From Botryllus schlosseri (lineage: Eukaryota), in NCBI GenBank assembly GCA_051294905.1, contig CM119378.1:3660001-3724000 (forward strand): 64,000 nucleotides of DNA, given 5' to 3'. Below the pieces are notes generated by a model. The model had not been told where the DNA came from and ran no database searches. It saw only the letters and a list, made by a program, of their open reading frames with translations. The position numbers and the translations under genes are program-made. Every line of letters begins with the position of its first letter. The stretch's first letter is position 1. Positions 51,823 to 62,690 of the stretch are shown piece by piece.

Positions 51823-52343
51823 AACACAAACACACACACACACAAACACACACGGAGGCTTCATTTTTGTTAGTTCTTTCTGCATAAATATTCTAAGTAC
51901 CGGAACATATTTAGACTGCGCTTCCGACATCAAAAATAATACCAATAGTCATGATTGACATTTCGAAGCAACCCCGAGGGAGACTTCGGCGGCGTGACTT
52001 GATTAATTAATTTTGGCGTGTGAACTCTGTCTATACATTGACATGATGCCGACATATATTCCTTCATAATTGCTTGTTTAGTCTGGGTGAGAATTGAAAC
52101 TTGGTGTTAGTTGTGCCGATAATCACAAATTATGATTTAATTAGTAACGCATTTCGTTTAGAATTCGCTTTATATTTACAGAACAAATTCGGCAGGGTCA
52201 GAATGTTCGGTAACCCGGAACCAAAGGCGTGTTGCTACCCAAATGCGTACGCCAGATTTCACTTCTTGACCTATGACAAGTGCCACAATCTGCTGGCTGA
52301 CGTCGTGGACGATATGATCGCGATCAGTTGCGCCTGTCGCTAA
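38513..52343 (+). CDS. Divergent TGF-beta superfamily ligand precursor, 10 coding exons, ~436 aa
   Basis: Exons 38513-38634, 40008-40054, 41497-41544, 42498-42708, 45507-45639, 46453-46597, 47668-47793, 49354-49550, 50797-50916, 52182-52343; phases consistent, 1311 nt open; signal peptide, RRKRR site, [29 protein letters not shown]. Confidence 0.88.
38835..39333. mobile_element. hAT MITE
   Basis: TAGGGTTGCATTTAAAAC / GTTTTAAATGCAATCCTA; TSD gtaccgag/gtactgag. Confidence 0.8.
40008..40054 (+). CDS. TGF-beta ligand exon 2
   Basis: tttacag|..[15 protein letters not shown]|gtatgt, phase 2-1. Confidence 0.65.
40985..41260 (+). mobile_element. LINE (CR1/L2-like) 3' end fragment
   Basis: [17 protein letters not shown] tail followed by a 3' UTR shared with 34770-34995. 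Confidence 0.6.
41497..41544 (+). CDS. TGF-beta ligand exon 3
   Basis: [16 protein letters not shown]|gtgagt, phase 1-1. Confidence 0.7.
41657..42262. mobile_element. hAT (Charlie-like) MITE
   Basis: CAGTAGTTCTTAACC / GGTTGGGAACCACTG ends. Confidence 0.6.
42498..42708 (+). CDS. TGF-beta ligand exon 4 (alternative in-phase acceptor at 42465)
   Basis: [14 protein letters not shown]...[11 protein letters not shown]|gtaagt, phase 1-2. Confidence 0.75.
43267..45405. mobile_element. hAT MITE containing a nested hAT MITE (43739-45069)
   Basis: Outer CAGACCTGGGCAA / TTGCCCACCCCTG; inner TAGGGCCGTAACTGCCGCACC / GGTGCGGCAGTTACGGTCCTG; inner family recurs at ~60300-62340. Confidence 0.65.
45507..45639 (+). 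CDS. TGF-beta ligand exon 5
   Basis: [44 protein letters not shown]. Confidence 0.75.
46453..46597 (+). CDS. TGF-beta ligand exon 6
   Basis: [38 protein letters not shown]...; prodomain-like V-x-x-W. Confidence 0.8.
47668..47793 (+). CDS. TGF-beta ligand exon 7
   Basis: [42 protein letters not shown]. Confidence 0.78.
48309..48626. mobile_element. hAT (Charlie-like) MITE
   Basis: CAGTGGTTTTCAAACT / AGTTTGAGAACCACTG; TSD-like tactaaat/ttctagat. Confidence 0.7.
49354..49550 (+). CDS. TGF-beta ligand exon 8 (furin site, first knot Cys)
   Basis: ...[30 protein letters not shown]|gtgagg. Confidence 0.88.
50006..50617. mobile_element. Palindromic hAT MITE (outer arms partly mismatched)
   Basis: Same ends as 26109-26726; TSD-like acgtacag/gcgtaccg. 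Confidence 0.9.
50797..50916 (+). CDS. TGF-beta ligand exon 9
   Basis: [40 protein letters not shown]|gtaggt; AAG acceptor is the only usable AG between the in-frame stop at 50758 and the VVTP motif. Confidence 0.85.
51120..51737. mobile_element. Palindromic hAT MITE
   Basis: Same ends; perfect TSD ATGTACAC. Confidence 0.95.
51742..51852. repeat. (CA)n microsatellite, imperfect
   Basis: Direct reading. Confidence 0.95.
52182..52343 (+). CDS. TGF-beta ligand exon 10 (terminal)
   Basis: [53 protein letters not shown]. Confidence 0.92.
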   Translation, partial: NKFGRVRMFGNPEPKACCYPNAYARFHFLTYDKCHNLLADVVDDMIAISCACR

Positions 52344-54082
52344 GCCGCAATCACGGCTTGTTACCGGAGAAGCACCATACACGGCAAACGCCAGCGTTCG
52401 ATGGGGATCTCGTCGTGCAAATACTGTTTCATTCCATTTTTATGTTCTGGAAATATCGAATGGCATCGAATTAACTCTGATGGAATAAAAATAATCACCC
52501 CGAATTCGTGTAGTCCAGAGACGCGTATGAGATAACGGCTCCAACATAGTGCTGGTGTAGCTGTAAACGCATGCAATGGATAAGTTGAACTACTAAGGTA
52601 GAAATAAATTCAGCTTCCAAATTAGATCAGAATTGGAGTAGTAGCTGCACAGTTCTTTTTTTCAAATTTGATTAGAATTAGAATTACTGAATCCGTAAAA
52701 AAATTAGAAATTTTTCGTTAGAAAGAAATCGAACTAAAATCGAGTTCATCGTATAAGTTCATATCAAAACAGAGTCCGTTCTGATAGGTATGGCAAATGT
52801 CTGTACACCAGCCTAGGTTGGTGTCGCACTTTACAGTTCTTCGGTAGCATTTTCAGGAAAACCGCAAACTAGATTAAAATGTAGATGAGAGCATAGAAAC
52901 GTTTCACAAATTAGATTAGAATTAGAGTTATATATTTGTCCAGGCAAGGGTAAGGTCATACATCTCAGGGGCGTGGATTCAGGTGGTCAAACGTAGTGAC
53001 GTCACATAGTTTGTTTCGGAAAGTGGTGACATCAGTGGTGATATTGTTTGCGCCGAATGTTTAGCCCAGAGGTCCGCCAATATCGCGCCACGACCCGAAT
53101 TTTAACTCTGGAGACCTTCCAGTCGCATCTGTAGTGTTGCTGCATTGGAGTGATGTATTGCAAACTTATTACTTGAAGAATAGGACCATAAGCTCAATCA
53201 ATCAATCAATCAGGTTTATTAATATTTTCACCGTTTCAAAACATCACAAGAATGCGATACAATGAAAAGATAGGAAGGTGTCGAAACAACCTGGAGTACA
53301 CTCTTAGAAATATTCGTAGATTTACCCAAATTATACCGGTAAATTTGTCCCGTCAGTTATATTAACGGTAAATGCCCGTTAAATTAATTTACGGGCACGT
53401 CAAAAGTAAATTTACTTGTTTTTAAAGGTTAAAAAAATTACACATTAAGTTCGTAGAAGCAATTTACGGGATAACCAGTATTTCAGATTTACTTTTTGAT
53501 TTGTAAAAGCAATTTGCTGGATAATCAGTATTCCGGATTTACTTTTGCATTCGTAAAAGCGATTTACTGGATAATCATTATTTGCAACATTGCTATCGAA
53601 CTTACAATTCGATCATTTTACACGCTTACGGTCTTATTATGGACATATATTTGTGATTTTCGTCATTACATCATGTTTCAATCATCAAGCATATTACGAC
53701 ATCGGTGGCCGTGCTGAATGCTAATCGGGGAATGGTATCCGAACATTTGGGCATTGCAGATACCATCGTTTATATCGATTTATAAATAGTATCCTTTGAT
53801 ACATCAAGGTCTAGCAATAGTAGCATGCCACGCGAATTCGGTATGTTATGTAGTTTTACTGCAGGTATGATCTTTTGTGTAATTATCTGTTGGACCAGTT
53901 CTGCCACCATTGTAGACTCCTTAACGCATGTATGATGCAAACTATATATCGAAACACTGGAGCTGGCGTATAGCCGCCATGCTCCTTTGCCATTGCGACG
54001 AGAGTAGTAGACGTCCTTTACCTTTTTCCCGCGAATGGTCTTATGAATTGTTTGATCATGAATTCGTAGCTGCTCGAGCGAA

Positions 54083-55963
54083 GGGTGCCTTTATTTAGTA
54101 CATGCAAGCTAATGAAAAGCTAATGCAGCTAATTAAGCTAAGGAAAAGCTAATTAAGCTAATGAAAGGCTAATTAAGCTAATGAAAAGCTAAGTAAGCTA
54201 ATGAAAAGCTAATTAAGCTAATGAAAAAGTAAGCTAATGAAAAGTAAGCTAATGAAAAGCTAATGAAGCTAATTAAGCTAATGAAAAGCTAAGTAAGCTA
54301 ATGAAAAGCTAATGAAAAGCTAAGTAAGCTAATGAAAAAGTAAGCTAATGAAAAGTAAGCTAATGAAAAGCTAATGAAGCTAATTAAGCTAATGAAAAGC
54401 TAATTACGCTGATGAAAAAGTAAGCTAATGAAAAGTAAGCTAATGAAAAGCTAATTAAGCTAATGAAAAGCTAATGAAACCAGCGAATGTAAAAACGAAG
54501 CCAATGAAGCAAGGAAGTAAGTCCAGGTTAGTATTTTGCTCATATGATTCTGGATGTATCAAATCCGAAATTTTAAATCCAAGTTTAGAATCTGGATATT
54601 CGATTCTCAATAGGGATTTTTGAATTATGATTGCAATAGTGCCAATTCAGACCTAACTGCACCCTGCAAACCGGAAGATTTGACGGCACCGACAGGTTTG
54701 TTTTGAGGTGTTCATGGTGTGTCTCGACTAATACGGTCATGGTCATGGTCATTTACACCAGGCAATTTTCTACATTTCTATTCCGTAGCGGCCGACTTGT
54801 ACAACGGCCCACATTCTTGGCTTTTATAAGACACCGCTTACACGGATGAGATGGTACCTAGGTAGGAATTCTGGAGTCGACCTCGGTCGGACTCGAACCC
54901 ACAACCCATTGGTGTTGCAGCTGTGGATTATACCACTACGTTATCTCGGCACTACATACAGCGGTGATCTCTGACGAAGTTTTTCTGCCTACTCGGTGCT
55001 AAATTGCCAGCACGCCTAACATGATAATGTGGCCGGTTATGATTGCAAACTGAATTTGATAGCGTGAACGAACATGAACATCAACGACATTTCAAAGGGA
55101 GTTCATTTCTTGATGGTAATTAGTTAGGAAGGCAAGGAGGATTTGAAAACAGCATTGTCTCACAAGCTCCAGCATGCCTGCTATCAATCAACGCATCATA
55201 CAAAACTGGATTAACCCGTTTCGGCACGCGATATGTCTGGTAAACCGAATTCGCGTGGATATTGGTTGCGGGCTTGACAGTAATTTTTATTTTACAAATA
55301 AACTTCACATCATGATCGACAGATTATGATTTAGATTATTGATCGTTTTCTTTAGAACTGAATCAGTCTGCGCATAATTTCAAAATTGGGAAGACTTCTT
55401 TTTCGTTACCTAAGCGAAACCTAAATGACGTACTAGTGAGACATCGGCACCATTGTCATCCTGATAATGAGCAATGAGTAAACTAACGTTTGAAACGTCC
55501 GGATATGTACTACTTTGTAATTGCATATATTTGCTGCGCTTTTGATTAGCTTACTTCTCATTACCTTAATTAGCTTTTCATTAGCTTACTTTTCATTAGC
55601 TTACTTTTTCATTAGCTTAATTAGCTTCATTAGCTTTTCATTAGCTTATTTTTTATTAGCTTACTTTTTCATTAGCTTAATTGGCTTTTCATTAGCTTTT
55701 CATTAGCTTACTTAGCTTTTCATTAGCTTTTCATTAGCTTACTTAGCTTTTCATTAGCTTAATTAGCTTCATTAGCTTTTCATTAGCTTACTTTTCATTA
55801 GCTTACTTTTTCATTAGCTTAATTAGCTTTTCATTAGCTTTTCATTAGCTTACTTAGCTTTTCATTAGCTTAATTAGCCTTTCATTAGCTTAATTAGCTT
55901 TTCCTTAGCTTAATTAGCTGCATTAGCTTTTCATTAGCTTGCATGTACAAAATAAAGGCACCC
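54083..55963. mobile_element. Foldback-like element with satellite-built TIRs
   Basis: Ends GGGTGCCTTTATTT(A/T)GTACATGC then ~400 bp of AAGCTAATGAA/AAGCTAATT repeats in inverted orientation; perfect TSD CGAGCGAA. Confidence 0.9.
54735..54950 (-). mobile_element. tRNA-derived SINE, family 1
   Basis: Minus strand GCCGAGATAACGTAGTGG...GGTTCGAGTCC, (ATGACC)n tail. Confidence 0.8.
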
Positions 55964-58900
55964 CGAGCGAACAGTACATTGTGACGTCATACATATTCCA
56001 GACATAGTGGCGTCAGACGTCAGACATATCTGAGCCTAAGCACGTGCGGCTGAATGTTCCTAGATAGATATTATATCGACGCGATGTTTTCGCATTGGAT
56101 AATAACAAGATGCGTTGCTGTAAGATATTGAGGGTTTCGAAGCCACAGCTTAACTCTAGCTTTAGAATATTGCAGGTGTTGATAGCAGATATTGTAGGTA
56201 TAGCAGTATCCGAGCTCAAATCTGGCAAGTTATTCACAGTCCTGTTTCTGAAGACGTATGTATTTTCGTTACAGTTTAATGGTGAACAGAAGCTATGGCT
56301 TATAAGAATCTGTTACATTTTCTGACATTGAACTACACGAAAATGGAAGCGTTATGGCATTATGAATCATGACGTCGAATGCGTATGTGATAGAAAGGGA
56401 TCATTTCGCCTCTCGCTTCTAGCACGATGCCGTGCGAAATACATTGGACGTGCGATGCAAAGGAATATAGCCAGAAAAGTTTGCAATCACGCTGGAAAAG
56501 ATGATTCAGGTACGAAGTCCGAGGCCATGGGTATCCGTATCAAACTCAACTTGCGTCGCTGGCCGGATTCAAACTTTCAAACCGTTCGCGGGCCGGATCA
56601 GTCAAATCATTCGAAAATGTTACGGTACATCAAAACACCCGACCTTACTTTTCGCTTGAATAGTTTATTATCAATCCTGTATACATTTTGCTATATTACA
56701 TAACATTCACGATCATATCATATGGATATATTCTAGCAGCGCCTTTACTCGCAAACAACGGAATTTTGGCAAAAATTCCAAGATTGATCGTTTGAATTCA
56801 ACCGCTAAAACACTGACTCTAACGACGGAATAAGCTGACATATTTGTATGCTTCCTTTGTTTTATTCGCAATCTGCCGTTAACTCATCGTATGCGCTTTG
56901 AGGAACACAAGTGATTTAATTGTAAACGCAGACGTTAGAATTTGGCTCATTATTAATCGTCATTCGGGTTTCTCTGTCTGTCTGGGGCCTTTGAGTAGAA
57001 GTGATACAGCAGTGCGACCAAATATATTTGAATTGTATTTTTTATAACTATTATATTCTCCATGCGACCTGCATATAACAGTTTTTTTTTCACTTCACGA
57101 ATAACCACTTTTTGGCACATTTCTTCACAAAAATATGAACTCAGTGTGCACTTTTTAGAGTTTTGGGAATTGGATGTCAGTATCACCAACTTGTTCTCGA
57201 TGATGACTAGAGTAAAACTATAACACCACTGTCGGATAATTATATCACGGTCTATGATCTTGACATTTGTGGCCTTGCGGGAAGTATTTCTTACAATAAT
57301 ATCTCAACATTTGTTAAAGAATGTGCTGGGTAATACAGGGGTTTTTCAAACTACTCAGAATTGCTTGGTAGGCCGCATGCGGCCTGCTGGCCTTATGTTC
57401 GACACCGCTATCCTAGGCCATCATTATTCGAGAAATTGACGAGAATATGAAAAGTCGCAGTATGTCATACTATAGCGTCTCAAAGTTTCCAAATTGTAAC
57501 TGTGTTGATGACAGCATAATCTTTGTTCAGATTATAGAAGAACCTACAAAAGAGCATGGCCCAGAGTAAAGTCCTTCAACTGCTGCTGAAGTTTTGATGA
57601 AGCGCTCTTCATTCAGGCAGTTGCTGACTGATGATCTCCACAAGAAAGACTGGATTTTCGTCATTATCCACACTTACTTTTTTTACGTGTTCCCGCACCA
57701 AATAAACCTGATTCAAATTTACTGGTCTCAGGAACGTAAAACTGCTGCAAGGGACCAGACGAGTATATTGATATTACAGCAGATTTCTGTTACCTTTAGT
57801 TACGGAAATTTTTCGTAAAATTTCCTACGGTCAGCATATGTAAAATCATATTACGGGGAGAGTTATTTCGAATTTACTGGTCTCATCAGCGTAAAACTGC
57901 TGCACTGGACCAGACCAGTAACTTGGTATTACAGCCGTTTTCCGTTACAACAGGTAACGGGAATTTTCCGTAAAAAATTTAACAGTCAGTCTTTGTAAAA
58001 ATAAATTACGGTCAATAATATTTACGGGAAAATATTTTTCAAATTTACCGGTCTCAGAGTCGTAAAACTGCTGCCAGGACCAGACCAGTAATTTGGCATA
58101 GAATATTTTTAACAGTGTAGCCATTAAGATCAGACACCCACCTTAGCCTAGGCGAAGTAAATAAGAGGCATGCACACTGAATGAAAAGTAATGCAGAGAA
58201 TATAAGACGCAAGCGACAAAATGAGGTGGCATGTGGCGGAGGGCGAGGTCGATGTTAGAAGCTGTCTTTTATCTGTTTGAATAAACAATTAAACATATTA
58301 GGAGTGAGAAAATGACCATATAGTTATAGGCTAATTAGTTGAACATGACTTGAACTCGTGACTGTACATTGTACATTGTACAATGTACAAGCACACTATG
58401 AATCAGACTCAAAACTCAGCACCCGGTACGAGATAGGCTATTGTTAGTTAATTGCATAGGTACCATAGCATATTCCATTGTGGTGTAATGCTGAAGCCAG
58501 CTGAGTTCAAGCTCATCCAAAACATCGAAGTAAACACACAGAAAGTCACTTTCACGCACTAGAAATTTAGATTTATGTCCATATCTGGATCCGGCAGTCG
58601 GAAAAAATATATGAATCGGGATCCAATCGTGTTTTCGAAAAACTTGCCGGATTCCTGTCCGGTAATAATCCAAAATTCTGATCCTGCATAAATCGAGTGT
58701 CCAGTTAAGGCTTACGTAATATGTTATAACGTAGGTCCCAGCCCAGTCCGCTCCTAAAAGTCACAACAGTCGCGACTTCGTTAATATGAAAGCCTGCAGT
58801 CGGGATAAGTAACAGAAAAGTGTGAAAACCTGCATTGATATTGGTATTTATCTACTGATGTTCATGAATGACTAAATTTTCATATTCGTTGTTCACAATA

Positions 58901-60660
58901 TAAGGCGAAAGGCGGTGCACCAGGTCAGAGCTTTAGATGGGCCATACGAGCAAAGTCTCACCTGTGATAGCACACTTAATCGTAATGAGGTCAAAATATA
59001 CAATTACTGGTAATAATCGAATGCTATTGTCGCCCTTATTCCGAATATCCAAATATTAATAATAAAAGGGCATCAAAACCCCTCTAAATCGCGAAGGAAT
59101 GTGATATTCGGCATTGTTGCGTACAACGACAGCGAATATTGAAAGAATAGAAACTGAGGCGCCTACTGTGGCGTAACTATCCGGGAATCGTAGAGCAGTT
59201 AAATAATGCGCTACCGGCTATCGGTTATGGACTTCGCCAAACGACAGCGCAATACGTATTGTGAAGTTGCAACGGCCACCCTGTTATGCAGAGCAAATTC
59301 CCTTCTCTTACTGATGTAACAGTTCTGTATTTCCCATGCCAATCTTCATTTGTGGATATGTACTACATATTATGTAGTACCGTCTTACGAAGCCTGTGTG
59401 TGAAAAGTGAAAAGTTATAAGTAGGGCAAGTTTTGTTGCAGTCAAATCAGTGAAAGTTGCACTCATTTTTGACGAAACTTGCAATAAAAAGTTGCATTTA
59501 TGGACAAGCTCCTTGAAAGGACTGGGTTATGTGATACTGGAATCGTTCCTATCCAAGGAACTGTAGCAAAACTCAATGTTGGCAACTTCAACAGAATCAA
59601 TAGCCTGAAAAAAATCGACCAGGTAAAATACAATTTTCGGCGGTCTAGCCGGAATGTCCGTCAAATCAAAAGGACCTCAAATTTAAACAACAGTGAAATA
59701 ATCAAGCGATCTATATACATATAATGCCAAATATTTCCAGTAAAAAGTTAGTTGTATAAAAAATCAAAAAAAAATGCTGAACGTTGCATAAATATTTAAA
59801 AAAAGTTGCAAAAGGTTGCATGAAAAAAAAAGAAAATTTGCAATATAAGATTCCTCCAAACAGCTTAAAACACCATAATACATAACTTTTGAGTATTTAG
59901 GAAGCTGCCGGAAGCTGGAAAAAAGGCTGTAAAAGTTGCAAAAACTTTGGTAAATAATTTTGGCAGCAACCATTTTCCTCATAAAGTCACCGTATTCAAA
60001 CTTCAGGTAAAAGATTTACATGAGTGTTACTTTTCAATCTAGCTTATCTCTGTGCTGTCGAGGTAATGAGTCATCCTTCATAACTATTTGCGAAGTTTCT
60101 TGCACTCATCACTTTTTTGTCGCGATTAAGCTGAGAATTAGAGATAGTTGTCAACCGTATTACACAAACCATACTATCCCGGAAGCTGTAAGGCAGTGGT
60201 TCCTAAACTTTTTTCCTCCAGCGACCCCTTTCATAAATTATCGTGCTCCAGCGCCCCCTTCTTATTGTAAGGACTGTAATAAGGACAATGGGTAAGAGGG
60301 AGGGTCGTAACAGCAGTTCGTCAGCCCCATTAAAAAACGATTGTCTTGCGCACCCATAGCGTGATAAACCAAACTTCTGAGGGCTTCGCCCTCAAGAACC
60401 CCGTCGCGTGATTTCGATGGTCAGCAAAGTTTGTGTGGCCAGGTCGCCCCAGGCGCCAAAAATTTCTATAATGCATGAATGAATTGGTGGTAATTGCATA
60501 TATATGCCGCTATAAAGTTTTTATCCTCTCAGCCCACGTAATCAGATTTACCAGTAGCGCTGATTGAGCTGTTGTATCGGAAAATAAAGGCCACGTAATT
60601 ATTAATTGAGCATATTCGGGCGTGTCCGTTGGTACAATTAATTCGTTACAGTCCGTACAT

Positions 60661-61841
60661 CAGTGGTTCTCAACCTTTTTCACCTCGCGGACCAGTAAAA
60701 TTTCAAAAATTGTCTGGCGGATCGGTGAAGTTTCAAAATTGGAATGAAGCCAAAATGTAAAGTATGCAGCCGTTTTTTGCAACTATATGATGCAGGAGAG
60801 TGACATTTAGAGGGTTTCGATCGTAATTAAGTATCTTCATAGTGGTATCAATGTGATTTTATGGTAGTGAGTCTGCTGAGTAGAGGTAAAATTGCCTTGA
60901 CCAGATAAACGTGCTTCAGCCGGAAGTCATTGACAGTCTTTCGCGCCGAAGGCCGTGGGTTAAACCGATCATACCAACACGAATAATATTCTTGTCGTTA
61001 ACAATATCGAGAAAAGAAACGTTTCTGAGTAGAACCAAGCACCTTGTCGTGCTACCTTGCTCATTGCCCACTGCCACCAGACGTAGGCATACTCTGACAA
61101 ATACGAATACAATGCGTGCCGCAAGAAAACACCTTACAGCATCTATACCGGTCATTCGCAAATCCGGGCCGAAAAATTACTTCGTCTGCGCACCACAAAA
61201 AACGTTGGTTTTGAGCCCCAACAGGCGATAAGCCAAACTTCAAGGGGCTTCGCCCCCAGACCCTACAGTTGAGTTCATGTTTTCACATGTACTTGATAGC
61301 ACATTCATTCTACTCAGTGTAAGCAGATAGTTTATGTATTTTAATCGCGCCAATAGCGAAAAGTTTCGATCATTCATTACTGAATCGGTTTTCTCGTTGC
61401 ACAACTTTCGGAATCCCATTTAGCCTACGTCGTGGCGCGGTAATGGCTGACGCCGAAATGCCTATTTTCCTAAATCATGCGTATTTCTCGGAAAAGCGCG
61501 AAAAGAAATTGAAAAATGTTGGAAAAGTTTCAAAAAAATACTCTATGAATTATGTTCATTTGCAAAATAATTTTTGGCCCTTTTTAAGCTCGGCCCCATC
61601 TCCAATTGGGCAGCTTGGGTGTCCCAGTTACGGTCCTGCACAAAGTGAATGAATCGGAAACGAATGATTGCTCAAACTGCGCTGTTTAGCGATGAGTCAG
61701 GTCATATATATTCTGTACTTCTGTACTGCCTTCAACACTTCATCTTGAAATGAAGGTATAATTTGTAATATACCTGGCGGACCGGCAGGAATGTCGTCGC
61801 GGACCGGCACCGGTCCGCGGACCGGCGGTTGAGAACCACTG
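60661..61841. mobile_element. hAT (Charlie-like) MITE
   Basis: TIR CAGTGGTTCTCAACC / GGTTGAGAACCACTG; TSD-like ccgtacat/cgctacat. Confidence 0.8.
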
Positions 61842-62436
61842 CGCTACATAGTCAAAGGATAATGAAACGCATAAACGTATTTTAATTAAAATAAAGTAAG
61901 CACACGATTCGAAATTGGTATTTTTTCACTGCAAATAATTTTCTCTGATGGATGTTATTTGTCTTGTGGGATGCAGATTGAGACGACATGTTAATTCTTC
62001 ACGAGCGATTTAAGCACCTATGGACAATTAGATTTAAATACATTGAAGTTTACGGTCAACAGAAGGGCAATCTTCTTCGGCTAAGGTTTTCTCGCTGACG
62101 ATCTTTTTGACACACTTCTAGAAGTCCCATATTTACCGGAACTTCATATGCCTTCGTGCATCGTGGCGTGGTAATGGCAGACGCCGAAATGTCTATTTTT
62201 ATTTATATAGTTATGCGTATTCTTCCGTGGAGGAGTCGTCAAAACATGATGTGTAATTAATGTTCATTCATCGAAATAATTTAGGGCACCATTCGAACTC
62301 ACCGATTGGGGGTTTGGGTTGTAACAGTTTCGGTCCTGGTAAGAGGTCAAAGTCCAGTCGGTCTTCTCGGGACTTTGGTACTGTAAATATATCGCGCTTT
62401 AATCGCGCTCGAGGACTATTCGACTATAATAAACCA

Positions 62437-62690
62437 CACTGTAAAAAATCTGGTAGATTTACTGGGAAATCTCTGTAAATTTTACAACGAATTACCGGTC
62501 GCAGCCAATAACTGTGCGTAGCTTGTAATTTTACATTTTGATATGTCATATTACCTTAGTTTAACTGTGAAATCAAGTTACCAGAATTTCTTCGCAAAAT
62601 TACTGACAGTTACTCGTAATTGCAGTTTACCAGGCTATTGGGAAGATTGATTAGCTTCATAATCGCTGCAGCCAATATATACGTGGAAAT
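62437..62690 (+). mobile_element. Left end of an EnSpm/CACTG-type element
   Basis: CACTGTAAAAAATC start with TTAC/GTAA subterminal motifs; interrupted by a hAT. Confidence 0.55.

Larger units (their letters stand above)
53299..58117. mobile_element. EnSpm/CACTG-type non-autonomous DNA transposon
   Basis: CACTCTTAGAAATATTC / GAATATTTTTAACAGTG ends, TA flanks, subterminal tandem repeats (~50 nt x3 near 53460-53580; ~160 nt x3 near 57715-58090); splits a LINE 3' fragment. Confidence 0.75.

Noticed and set aside
51688..51958. His/Thr-rich and Cys/Val-rich ORFs
   Set aside because: Translation of a (CA)n microsatellite
54105..54480. Regular short repeats suggesting a CRISPR array
   Set aside because: No unique spacers, eukaryotic context, mirrored at 55540-55940 as transposon arms
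54870..54950. Possible tRNA gene
   Set aside because: A/B boxes present but no complete cloverleaf, and joined to a dispersed SINE body and tail
55521..55706. Hydrophobic ORF resembling a membrane peptide
   Set aside because: Translation of the foldback satellite arm
60911..61231. 106-aa ORF inside a MITE
   Set aside because: No recognisable motif or splice support; cannot be called coding
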